Shown piece by piece: positions 14,390 to 26,710 of a stretch of 64,000 nt of DNA; the stretch's first letter is position 1; each line of letters starts with the position of its first letter. Where the stretch lies: assembly GCF_009914755.1 (NCBI RefSeq), contig NC_060925.1. The stretch is one strand, 5' to 3'. Source of the stretch: the human T2T-CHM13v2.0 reference genome, Homo sapiens. A program made the translations under genes and the position numbers. A model generated the notes under the pieces. That model was not told where the DNA came from. It did no database searches and was given only the letters and a program-made list of their open reading frames with translations.

Positions 14390-15129
14390 TTTTTAAAAAG
14401 AACTATTTCCTTTAAAACTCAGGGACAAGACCAGGTTGTCTACTTTCACCTGCTATTTATCACTGTTCTGGCAATGAACAAAAAAAGGTATACAATGGAA
14501 AAGGATGAGGTAAAGTTAATTTTTATTTGCTGTTTATTAGATTATATGCTCAAAAAACAGACAATAACAAAACAACTATTAAAGATAATAATAGAATGAT
14601 ATAAATCGACTAGGCCAAAAATTAATATACAGAAATCAAGAACTTTCATGTAAACAAACAATACCCAGTCAGAAGATAAAATTGTGAAATATCCCCACTT
14701 AAAATAGCAAACAAAAAATCCAAATAACATGGAATAACTGTAATAAGAAATGTGTAAGGTCTATATGAAAATAGTTGAGAGACTCACAAAAATGGAAGGG
14801 CAATGACAATGCCAGTATTCCCTAAACAAATTGTAAATTTAATATAAATTTAGTGCACGCCAAAACATTTAATGCAATCCAAATAAAAATACCTGCAGAA
14901 TGTTTCATCGGGGGAAGAGGGAGGGTGAGAACTAAAGAAGTTGACTTCAAAGTTTGAACATAAAAATAAGCAAGAACAGTCAAGGTTTTGGGGAGGAACG
15001 AGTAGTGGAAAGAGAAACTTGCCCAATTACATTTTACACGTTAGAAAGTGACAGTAAGTGTTTGTAATAGCAAAACATTGGAAATGTCTAAATAATGAAG
15101 TAACGTTTAGGCTTTAAAACAGAAAAAAC

Positions 15130-15480
<351 letters not shown>

Positions 15481-17293
15481 TTATTAAGGGGAAAAAAATC
15501 CATAAAAAGTTTCTATCTTTGTCCTTGGGGGGGGGGAAATCAGGAAGAAAAACAGTGTTTATAGTACAGTCTCATTTATGAAGAAATGATGGCAGCATGA
15601 TTACTGAATTTCAAGAAATTAACATACATAGAATATCTCTGGAGTCATTGACAAGAAACTGATTATTAGTTGCTTCTGGAGAAGAAAAACAGGTAGAATT
15701 TGGGATAGAGGAGAGAGAATTTTAATTGTTATTTCTTTTGGTTCTTTTAGATTTTGATGAGATGAAAAAATCAGTCAATAGAGAAATATTTTATAATTAA
15801 TTTTGTGGAATTTATCTCATTTCAAATATCAAATGACACCCAGCTGGTCAATTCTGTTAAATCAAGGAGACAATACAGGTTGGGTGGTTTATGTGTTTCC
15901 ACATCATGATAGCAGCTCTATCAGATGTCCTCTCCAAGGACGATCAGGACAATTCTCACTCTAGACCACTACAGAGAGCTATGTGTAAGGCTGGCAAGCC
16001 AATCTTGTTTCTCTGTTGCCAGAATGAAAAAAAGGTCGGGGTTGTCTGTAGGCCACTGGGCACATTTTCTCCTATGGTGGTCTGATTGTGACAGTAACAT
16101 TGGGCTTTTTCTTTCACAATAGGCCCATTTTGGTTCTACTTGTGCAAAACTCCCTTTCACCTCAATTTTGGAGTTGCTTCATACTGCCCTCCTGGACTAT
16201 GTAAATGTTCCTAATCTATAGCTCCACTCCTATCGGATGCTCTAAAGTTTTCCAGAGATTAACATCACTTTCTAATCCAGGCAATGGATCATAGGAGCAA
16301 TTTACACTTTACTTGTTAATCAACAATGAGAATTATCTGTTGGTTTCAGGCTTTTTGGAGTCAGAAACTGGCAATATGCTTAAACCATGTCCCAACAAGC
16401 CCTACGATAATGAAGTTCAATTAATCTAAATTGGGCCCCGCAATACTTGTTATTTCCTATCCACATATTTTACCTTATAAATGCTGTCTGTACTTAGTCA
16501 GCATACCCTTAAATTAGGGCGCTCATATTTTTCAAGCAAAGAGTGAAAATAAAAAAAAAAAAAAAAAAAGAGTATTTAGCTTACAGAATTTCAAGATAGA
16601 TCTAGAAATAGACCCCATCCACAGAGTTCCTCCCAGCACAGGGAAAACCAGACTTGCGGTGCCGATGGTAACACAAATTGTATATTCTTTGGCTCCTCAA
16701 ATAAAACAAAAATTAAAATATAGATATACCGTGGTGAAAACAAAAACAGAAAGCAAGAAACCCCAGATGTAAATAGTTGGATAACTCTCAAACCTTTGTG
16801 CTAGAGTTTCAAACATCAAATTTAAGTTTTCCAGCCTTGATTAGACACCCAATTCATAATTTGGTATCCAATGTCTCCTTCCCACAAATTAGCAGCTGCA
16901 TCGTGTTAAGTAACTATGGTCTTGCTAGATAAAGAATGTCCGGGCAGCAGAATATGACAGATGAAGGTGGTGGTTTGGAAGACTTCATGTGTGCCTAGTT
17001 TATTAAACACACCCTCTTTGCCTTCAGGAATGTGAGTTGGGAATGGGGCTCAGGCCATCAGTGCGTCATCAGGAAGATGTGGCATTGCTCAAAGAGCAGA
17101 GCAAGGAGGGTTGCCACCAGGAAGGTGAGGAGGAGCTGGAATTGTCTATGGCAACAGATATGCATGGAAGGAGGGAGGATTAGAAGCCTGTGTAGAGCAA
17201 GAGGAAGGCAGTGAAAGGAAGGATCAAAAGGTTCCACTTTTACATCAGGCAATGGGCAGACATTGCCTGAGGAACGTTACTCATTTTCTCTGA

Positions 17294-17620
<327 letters not shown>

Positions 17621-17627
17621 AAAAAGA

Positions 17628-17825
17628 TTTTTTAATTGACAAATAATAATTGTACATATATATGGGGCACATAGTGATGTAACATATATAATGTATAGTG
17701 ATCAGATCAGGGTAATTAGCATATCTATCATCTCAAATTTTTATTATTTCTTTGTATTGGGAACATTCAATATCCTCCTTGTAGCTATTTATATGATATA
17801 TGATATAACATATTATTGTTAACTT
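17628..17825 (-). mobile_element. L1MA-type 3' end
   Basis: TTTTTAATTGACAAATAATAATTGTACATAT...GATCAGATCAGGGTAATTAGCATATC. Confidence 0.85.
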
Positions 17826-17904
17826 CCTATTCTTCTAAAGAAGGATTTTTTAAGGTTACTTGGCCCTGTGTTCCTCCACTGTCCCTATTAGAAGTGTCAT
17901 ATAT

Positions 17905-18309
17905 GGGCTGAGTGTAGTCCCAGCATTTTGGGAGGCTGAGGTGGGTGAATTGCTTGAGCCCAGGAGTTCAAGGACCAGCCTGGGCAACATAGCAAAACCC
18001 CAACTCTACAAAAAGAGAAAAATTAGCCAGGCATGGTGGCATGCACCTGTAGTCCCACCTACTCAGGAGGCTAAGGTGGGAGAATCGCATGAGCCTGGGA
18101 GGTTGAGGCTGCAGTGAGCCAAGATTGCACCACTGTGGAGGACAGAGCGAGACTCCATGTCAAAAAAAAAAAAAAAAAAAAAAGAGAGAGAGAGAGAGAG
18201 TTGGAGGAGACTTGACTGATTGAGACCAGGGCCATGATCCCGCCACTGCACTCCAGCCTGTGTGACAGAATGAAACCCTGTCTCACAAACAAAACAAATT
18301 AAAAAAAAA
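17905..18309 (+). mobile_element. AluJ composite with two 3' tails
   Basis: Flanking AAGTGTCATATATG / AAGTCTCATGTATG; extra Alu 3' end plus A/(AG)n tract inside. Confidence 0.9.
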
Positions 18310-18569
18310 GTCTCATGTATGTTCGTGGATTTAGTTACAATCTTTTTGCTTCAATATCAGTTTCTCCAGATCTAGCTGCTCATATAAATTTGTCCTATTT
18401 CTTCAAACAGGGAAAAAGTTTCATTTACATAAATGTTTCACTATCACCACAGACCCAACATCTATAAAAACCTGCATCAGTATTTTCTGTAACCGGATCC
18501 TCATTTATCTTGGGCTGCCCATCTGTTGCACTAACACCCCCCTCTTTCATCACCGCATTCTGTGACTAC

Positions 18570-18845
18570 TTCACATATTTGTCTCTTCTTTCAGATCCAA
18601 TTCTATTACCTGGTCTGGCCCTAACCTTCAGTTTATGTTGTTGCAAGAGCCCCTGAGCTGGCCTATCTGGACCCAGATTCTGTTCCCTCCAATCACCTAG
18701 CATGTCGTGACTAGAATAACCCTTGATCCAATCTGTCCGCGATTTTCTATTTCCTATGATGTCAGGTGGAACTTGCTCTGCCTCTCTTTCAAGGCCCTCC
18801 ATGTTCTTTCTTCTCTGTCTCCTCCTTCCCCCCATGCTCCAGCCC
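18570..18845 (+). mobile_element. L2 fragment
   Basis: TGTTGCAAGAGCCCCTGAGCTGG, TTCAAGGCCCTCCAT, CCCATGCTCCAGCC. Confidence 0.6.
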
Positions 18846-18879
18846 CCACACCTACCCCTAACACACAGGGAAAGGTGAC

Positions 18880-19285
18880 TATTATGTTGCTCTCCCCAGA
18901 TACCGTCTTCAGGGCTGATGTACCGATCCCATCTCACCATCTCACCTGGCTGCTGACCCTCGCTGAAACTAACAGCTGGGTCCTCACTGAGATTTGCCCT
19001 TGGAGGCAATACACGCCCCGTCCTAGGGATGGCTTGTGCGCAGTGACTGAGGGATGTGGGCTACAAAAGCCTGTCTCTCTTTCTTCAATTTGGCACCACT
19101 CTAAAATGCGCCCCCCAGCTCCAGAGCTCCCCACAGGATCAGACAAGTCCTCATTTATGACCTGATGGCTTTTCCCACTGCACAGTCCTCATGTGCTTAC
19201 AGGTCTCTGTTCTGCAAGCATTCCCCCAATAAACCTTCTGCTCACAACTCTGTCTCAGAGTTTGGAAAACCAATCTAAGATAGAC
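18880..19285 (+). mobile_element. LTR16-family (ERVL) LTR
   Basis: CCAGCTCCAGAGCTCCCCACAGGATCAG and CCCAATAAACCTTCTGCTCACAACTCTGTCTCAGAGT...AATCTAAGA match LTR16 3' consensus as recalled. Confidence 0.75.
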
Positions 19286-22200
19286 AATTCCAGTTCCTGG
19301 AGAAGAATACTCGAACCCAGGATTTGGAGAAAGCTCAGTCGTTGGGCAGCTGCTGAGTATCGGTCCTGGTGTGCTGTAGCCCTGTGTTGTTAAAACTCTT
19401 CCCAGAGGTAAATTAGGATGGGACACTGGTTGGGAGACTCACTGGCTGGTGCAATATTGATACAGGAACTCAAATGAAATTATTTAGACAGATAATCAGA
19501 TAATGAGGGTAAGAGAGTCCTCAATAAAGTTTCCCTTTTGATAAAAAGCAGCCCCCAAATCATTTTTTTTAATAACAAAGAGCAGCCTGAAATATCAAGC
19601 TGCAGATATAGAAAAGCAGCCAGAAGCTTGCACAGGGGAATGCCAGCAGCTGTGCCAATAGGATAAGGCACCTGGGGGCAAAGCCTGTTCCTCATGGAGG
19701 CTCCATCTTGACTTTTCTTTGTCACTTGTGTGCAATCAGGGAACAGGCAGCATGGTGCTGGGCAGGTAGATAACTCATCTGCATAATAAAAGATTAGGGT
19801 GGGACGGCCAGCTTCACTATGTAAATGACACATCTAACCCAACCAATCCATTGCACCCTATATAAATCAGACACCGCCTCCTCAAACTCATCTATAAAAC
19901 CAACTGCATCTCCCCACGAGTGGGGAGATCCACTCGGAACCCCTTCCCTCTGCACAAGGGAGCTTTTCTCTTTTGCCTGTTAAACTGCTGCTCTTAAACT
20001 CACTCGTGTGTGTCCGCATCCTTGATTTCCTTGGCATGAGTCAATGAACCTCACATGTGACCCCAGAGGAATGATGCTGCTTTGATATCTTTGGTGCTTA
20101 AAAGTTGGGAGGGGCAGAGTGATTATAAGGACTTTGGGATCGGGTACCTGCTTACAAGTGGTATTGATTTGTTGAAGAGATAATAAAAGACTCAAAGTGA
20201 TGAATCACCAATTCAGACAGAATGTAAAAGCCATAGATAGGATCTTCTAGGTAGCATTCAAGTAAGCCCTAGTCTCCTGCAGTCAGAAGAAGGCTCAATT
20301 GTAAAGAGGAGCTCTGTTTCAGAGAATTTTGTATTCTCAGCTTCAGCAAGTCTCTTGTCCCAAGATTAGAACCCTAATAGGGAAGTAGAACCCCTAAAAT
20401 TGGGAGAGGAGTACCTGGGTAGATGAGTTGGGACTCTCAAAGTCCCCTGAGCCTGCTAGGTCTGTTGTTAGACTCTCATCTCTGCTGGGGATCTGCTGGA
20501 TTGGCTAAGGGAGGAAACGGACTGTACGGTGAAATCACAGCAGGAGCCGGGAGAAGAAGGATGGGAATGTGTCCCAAGGCTGCTGTATCAAGGAAGAAGA
20601 GCAGGACATTAAGTTGGATAATGCTTATCACCATGGGAGCAGTCTCCCATGATTCAGGATTTGAACCTGTGGAAAATCCCCCAGGAATGGTGATAATAAG
20701 CTACTAGGACAATTCTTGGAGTATCTCAAACACTTTGATTCACACTCCATGAAATAAAAATATAAGAACTTCCATGGTGCATGATGGATAAAAGCACCCT
20801 AAGGCTCAGAGAAGTGGGGGTGCTAAAGTGGGTTTGCTCTGTAAAGCTATGAAAACCAAACCACTCACCAACTGTGTTCCCAGGAAGGTCTCTAGTTACC
20901 AAAGCTATGATGATTGTGTTGGTGAGAGGGGTAGCAGCTCTGGTGCTCAGTAGTGCCATCATCTGTAGGCCAGGGATAACTGTAGGAAGAGATGCTGCTG
21001 TAAATCTAGATTCCCTGAGGGACACGAGAATAGCAAGATCTCAGAATAAAATGAGCCAGGTTGTAATGCTTAGCTTTCAGAAGTGGGCACAGTTATTGCA
21101 AAGAGGGGTAGGACTATAGTGGCGTCCGTGGACTCCCAACTTGAAGATGGTTACTAGAACATGATGTTCCTGAAGGCAAGATGGATGGGGGGTTGTGGGG
21201 GGAGGGCAACAAGAAGTATTGCTTAATTTACACAGTCAAAATAAATCAATAAAGGAAAATCAGAGACAGAGGGCAGCATCTCAATGAAAATCACAATCCC
21301 TTGTTCGGTTTCCAGATCAGACCTGAAACCCATTGGCTGAAGAAGTGGCTGATTCCTTATGACCCTGCAATACCAGGGCAAATCTATTCATTTGTTATTT
21401 CCCTACTTCTTAACCGGGGAGCTCAGGACCACTTTATTCAGGCAAATGTGGTTTGGGAGAGAAGAAGAAGACTCAGCACTTTTGAGAATTATTGAACACT
21501 GGGTCTGAACTGACACCAACACCTGGAGACCCAGTGAACCACCATGGCTCCCTCCTGATGTGGGAGCATACAGCGTCTACTAGAGTCCTCCAAGCTCTGG
21601 CTCTCAGTGGGCCCACGGGTCCACAGACTAACCTGGTGATCCTTTCCCTCATTTCCAAATATGTAATTGGAAGGGACACTCTTGGTAGTTTGAAGAACCC
21701 TCACATTGATTCTTGAGTTCTTAGGTAAGAGCTATTGTAGTGGGGAAAGACAAATGGAAGCCCCTGAAGCTGCTCCCCACCCTAGAAGAAAGAGTAAATC
21801 AAAAATGACGCTGAATTCCAGAAGGAATCTGGGAAATTATGAACCTCTCATAGACTTTAATAGTGTAGTAGCCCTGGCTATATTTTGATTTACTTCACCA
21901 TGCTGGCTCCTACGAAAATCAAATGGAACATGGCAGGATGTTCCAGCAGTAGCCCCAGTTACACCTACTGCACTCAGGGTGAACTCTTTGCTAAAGCGGA
22001 TTAAAACAACTTCCAGAACTTTACCTGGCAAGTGTGTTTTCCATCATCCCGGTAGGTGAGAGGACCAGAGGTAGTCTGCGTTCCAGTGGGATGAACAGTT
22101 TATATTTATGGCCTTGTCCCCAGACAATGTAAGTTATTATGCTCTTTGTCAAAATGTAAACTGAAGGGACATTCTATAAATCACTACACAGATTCATCAT

Positions 22201-22330
22201 ATGATTGACATCATATAATAGGACCAGATGAGAGGTATGGGGCAAGTTATGCTGGAGGACTTGGTAAGCGCACACTCCATACACCTTAGAAAGTGGGCAA
22301 TAAACCTTACAAAAATTCAGGAAACTTCTG
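19286..22330 (+). mobile_element. Decayed ERVL internal region (HERV16/ERV3-16A3-like gag-pro-RT), split by a solo LTR
   Basis: Protease remnant LLNTGSELTPTPGDP at ~21489 (cf. LLDTGSELTLIPGDP), degenerate HYIDDI region near 22195, WAINLTKIQ at 22294-22320 (cf. WEINPTKIQG); many stops and frameshifts. Confidence 0.85.
19458..20084 (+). mobile_element. MER50-like (ERV1) solo LTR
   Basis: Starts TGATACAGGA...AAATTATTTAG...GAGGGTAAGAGAGTCCTC; 4-bp TSD ATAT at 19454-19457 and 20085-20088; CCAAT and TATAAA near 19844-19867. Confidence 0.85.
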
Positions 22331-22393
22331 ATTCTGGGTAAGATGCATTAGACATATTTTTTTCCTATTCCCTCCACTAAAATCTCCGGATGT

Positions 22394-22528
22394 TATGTGT
22401 GTGTAAGTGTATACACTATATACACTATACACCATATATACACCATTCTCTCCTTTTTCTCGCACAATATATACACTATACACTATATATATATTGTGTG
22501 TATATACACACATGCACACACACATATA
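22394..22528. repeat. TA/CA low-complexity repeat
   Basis: TATACAC repeats and (TA)n/(CA)n. Confidence 0.85.
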
Positions 22529-22836
22529 ACAAACATATGAGGCTGTAGAAGGTGGAGAAAAGAAGGCAGAGAAGGTAGGAAACTCGGGATTCAAGGAATG
22601 ATATGGCAGTGATTTCCCTGGTTTTGTTTGTTTTGCCTTATATTCTAGACTAAATACTAGCAAAGTCAGTAACATCAATGGATACAAGCAACAACAACAA
22701 AAACTGCACGGTTTCCCGTGTTTTGTTTTTGGTAAGTTGAATGGGCATCTGCTGTGTGTGAGAAGCAGGGTGAAGGGGTGGCAAGGTTGGGGATTAAGGA
22801 GAATTCAGCAAATAACATGATGAATAAGACATCTTA

Positions 22837-22907
22837 GGCTGCTCTGCCTATGAAGTAGGCATTCTTTATTCCTTTACTTTCTTAATAAACTTGCTTTCAC
22901 TTAAAAA
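22837..22907 (+). mobile_element. Short MER41-like LTR fragment (R region) ending in A5
   Basis: GGCTGCTCTGCCTATGAAGTAGGCATTCTTTATTCCTTTACTTTCTTAATAAACTTGCTTTCACTT-AAAAA is near-identical to the MER41 poly(A)-signal region as recalled. Confidence 0.8.
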
Positions 22908-25900
22908 GTTTTCATTGCATTATTGATGACTTGGTCTTATTGTTATCATTCATGCAGACATTAATAATCAGTGGTGATAGGTCAATCATTAAATAAGCCT
23001 TCTGGGAATATATACATTCTAAGTTGTTCACACAATAGCAAAAGTCATTTTCATTGACTTTATAACTTAAAAATCATCTGGCCAATTTCAAAAACAAGTG
23101 AGTTAGAATACGTTAGCAGTGAAATATTCTGTCCCATTTAATAAACTAAGATGAATTATTTCCTAGGAAGTTGAGTTTAATTCCTTTGAAGCCTACACAG
23201 TGGATCAACCATGTGCAGTTTGATTGTGGATTTTATTTTTTATTGATTACGGAGTTTTCTTAAATGGCAGATTAAGTCAATTAATAGAAAAATGGAGATG
23301 CTATAAACTAAGAAATATTTAAATTAAGAAATGTTGGAACTCATGAGGAGTAAATGTGAAAATGAACAAAACTCAGAACAAGTGTGTCCCTGGTGCTAAC
23401 GGAGAGACTAACAGTGGACTTCCATTGCTGCAGTTTCTCAAGGTTTCCTTGTTTAGTGTTTCTCCTTCAGCCAGCACAGTGAGAATACTCTGTCTTCAGC
23501 TGGCAGGGGATGTGGAAGAGGCTTGGAAGCTTCCAAAGACCAGGATTGAGGGCCACCTCCATCACTTCTGCTCCTTGGATGCCTGATTCTATTTCTCTTA
23601 GAAGATTCCAGACCCCAAAGGAGATCATGTGACATAAGCTAGAGGTTGAACTCACCATGGTTGAACAAAAACTCTCTGAACGCATAGTGCTGCTTCACAG
23701 CTCACTGCAACAAGTCAAAAATTCCACTTTTATGGCACGTCACACCGGGATCACATATAATCCTAGATTATCTTTATTTGTTCTATAATTTAATAGTATA
23801 CCTATAAAATAATTACATTATACTTATAGCTTTTCTTCATTTATAAACAAAACAAAAAAATTAAATACAATTTGAGCCATTATAAGGTAAACTTTGTACA
23901 TACGATAACCCCAGAAGGAGCTTCACACTGCAGCATATCATATTGCTTTCATTGCTACACCCACAATTGGGTTCGAAGAGAGTGTGCTCGTGTTTGCATT
24001 CTGTAAGTTCTTAGCTTAATCCCTCCCCTATCTGTGTGGGTTCCATGTTAATAAAATGATAGGGGTTGGCTTTGCAGCTGGTCAGAGACTCTCCTCCACT
24101 CACCTCCCAATCCACCCCTAGCCTCCATTACAATCACGTAAATTTCCTTCCTTCACAGCTTTTCTGCTGCATGTTCTGCCACTGAGTCTGACTTGAGGTT
24201 TTCCACCAAATGCAAAAATCACTCCTGACCTTGAACACCCTTCTCTCCATTTTCGCTCTATCCTCAGGTTCCAGCCCTCAAGGATTTCTTTTGATTTCTG
24301 CCTCCTGAGTTCAGGCTGTATATACCCATTTATGAAACCAAGACCCCCTCTGCCACAGCACATTCTTGCTCAGGTCTCATGGTGTTGCAGAAATGACAGA
24401 AATGCACCTTGCAGTGCAGTGGCCTGAGATAGATTCACCAACCCACCCCACCCCAATCCTTGCTCTTCAAGTGAATGTCTCTAGATCCACCATCACTACC
24501 TAGTATCAGGAAGCTAAGTCCCCACAGCGGCTTGCAGAGGGTCTCTCTCACATACTAGGGAAGTGGCCCCTCACAGGAGCACTTACCAGGGAATCATCAG
24601 TGAAAGGTTTTCAAAGTTTACTGATTCCCACCAATGGCAGCTCATTCACATTTGTCAGATTCCATAAGCATTACTCACAGGGAAGCCTTCCTGGGGCAAC
24701 TGAGCAAAGGAGCCCAGAAGAAGTATATAATTTCGCTGGAAAATAAGTTACGTCTACTTCCGTATATCAAGAGACCACAGCATGGAAACGTCAACAATTC
24801 ATTATAAACACAAAAGGTGACCTAATGTTTGTTCGTCCCTTTTGAAGTCTATTCTTTGAAAAGGAAGCATGTTTTGTGCAGAACAGTTCAACTAGATTAC
24901 TATTCTATATCTTTTATTCCTTACTCCCTTCTATACCACAAAGCGACTCAACTCCTTATATTTTTCAATATCCCTTTCTTTTTCTCTTTCTTTTAACAGG
25001 AAATATTTTTTGCCTAGTGTCATGGCAGTGAAAGTAGTATACGGTTTCACCCCACATATGCATATTCCACATTATAGGGGCTTTCTAGTTTCCGGTCATC
25101 AATTTCCCAACGAATGCCCTTCCCTATACCTATCCATCCCAAGCCAATTTCTACATTGTGCTGCAATGCTTAGTAACGTCAGTGAAATAGTATTCAAAGT
25201 AAAAATCACGACTCCTCCCATCTCCCTGCCCAATCTAAAAATAGGTGCATGACAGTGAATTGCTGACCAGGCATTTTTTTTTCTGAGTAAGACACCTTCT
25301 GGGCCTGCTGTCATCCTTACTCCGAATGGTGCTGCAAGCCAGAGTCAAAACATGTGAAATAATACATGAATAGGTCTATAATACTTTTTAACAGCTCTTT
25401 ACAATATACGGTCACTTATAAAACCAGCGTTAATATAGAGACCTTTGTGTGTGATAATATTCTAATTGCAGCAATAATAGCATGCACACCAGAGTTCATC
25501 TTTAGTCCACAAATAGGGGGCGGGGACAGTGAGGAAGAAGAGGCGGTGGGGACTTGAGGATGGGGGATTGTGTAGCCTGCTCTGCTCGAGGTTTCCCGGG
25601 AAGCCCACTTCGGGATCCAAGTGGCTCAAGTTGTCTTCTTGGTATCAGGTTTATTAGGAGACGCCCCGTCCACCGACATATTTATGGAGGTTGCACATAT
25701 CCTCATCACAGCAGCGACCGAGGGCAGCCTGCCAGTCACAAGAATGAGCGCTCCCAGCCAGAGGTCCAGGGACCAGCAGGAGAGGTCTGAGGGGCCGCTC
25801 AGAAAAGTGACGCATCCTTCACTTCGCGCGGGAAAGGGGCGAGCTGGAGTGCAGGGCGGGGCCAGGGAAATCCTTGCTTTTCCACATGGTGGAAACATCA

Positions 25901-26229
25901 ATGCCGGATTTACAGTGCATCACCTCGAAAGGTCCTCTCTGACTGCTGGGTGGCGGTGGTGGTTTTCCAGCATTTTCCTTCGGGCCTGATCCACCGCCTG
26001 GTTTAGGGGGCACAGGTGGGACCCGGGGTCGGTCAGGAACACATCAGCAAAAGCTCCACTTGCGATCCACGTCTGTGACAAGGACACCGTCAGCCCTAAG
26101 AGAAGTGCTTGCTGCTGAGGGGGAACACCAGGCAGCGTGACAGTGGGCTCGGAGGGCAGGGACAGAGGCGGCGGCGGCGCCACCCAGCGGCCGGGCGCGC
26201 GCGGGGCTGAGCTGCGTCCGGCCCGGCGC
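22840..26229 (-). other. GREM2: GREM2 long 3'UTR (distal end approximate)
   Basis: 3.4 kb without Alu/L1 after the stop; minus-strand AATAAA at 25655-25650, 24918-24913, 23778-23773, 23244-23232 (two) and 22870-22865. Length agrees with the ~4 kb mRNA I recall. Confidence 0.75.
22865..22870 (-). terminator. Probable distal GREM2 poly(A) signal
   Basis: TTTATT on + (AATAAA on -), followed on the minus strand by U/GU-rich sequence (TGTCTTATTCATCATGTTATTTG). Confidence 0.65.
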
Positions 26230-26710
26230 TCACTGCTTGTCCGAGTCGCTCAGGTTCACGGACATGCACCGGCACTGCTTCACCTTCTGGATTTTCTTGA
26301 GTCGGAAGGGTGGGTCCAGGCCGGGGCACTCGAGCTCCACGAGGACGGAGGTGACGCGCTGGGGCTTGCAGAAGGCGCAGGACTGGAAGGACTCCTCCTC
26401 CTTCTTCACGTGCCGCGGGATGTAGAAGGAGTTGCACTGGCCGTAGCAGAAGCGGTTGAGGATGGTGCGGCTCCGGCAGCCCTCCTCGCTCACCGTCTGC
26501 CGCAGCGGCTGCGTCTTGCACCAGTCACTCTTGAGGTACTTGCGCTCGGTGACCACCAGGGCCTCCTGGCTGGAGGCCAGCACCTCCTTGATCTGGTGCT
26601 GCCATCTCTCCGAGTTGTTGCTGCTGCCGTCCTTGTAAGGCGAGGGGATGGCGCCCGCCGGCCGGTTCTTCCGGGCTTCCGCCACCTTCACCAGCACCGC
26701 CACCAGGAAC
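26130..26710. promoter_or_regulatory. Gene-body CpG island over the GREM2 coding exon and proximal 3'UTR
   Basis: Visibly very high GC and CpG density (e.g. GGCGGCGGCGGCGCC, CCGGGCGCGCGCGGGG) in an AT-rich window. Confidence 0.8.

Noticed and set aside
20089-22330. Domesticated retroviral gene
   Set aside because: Only short broken frames, with protease DTG and RT YIDD motifs degraded.
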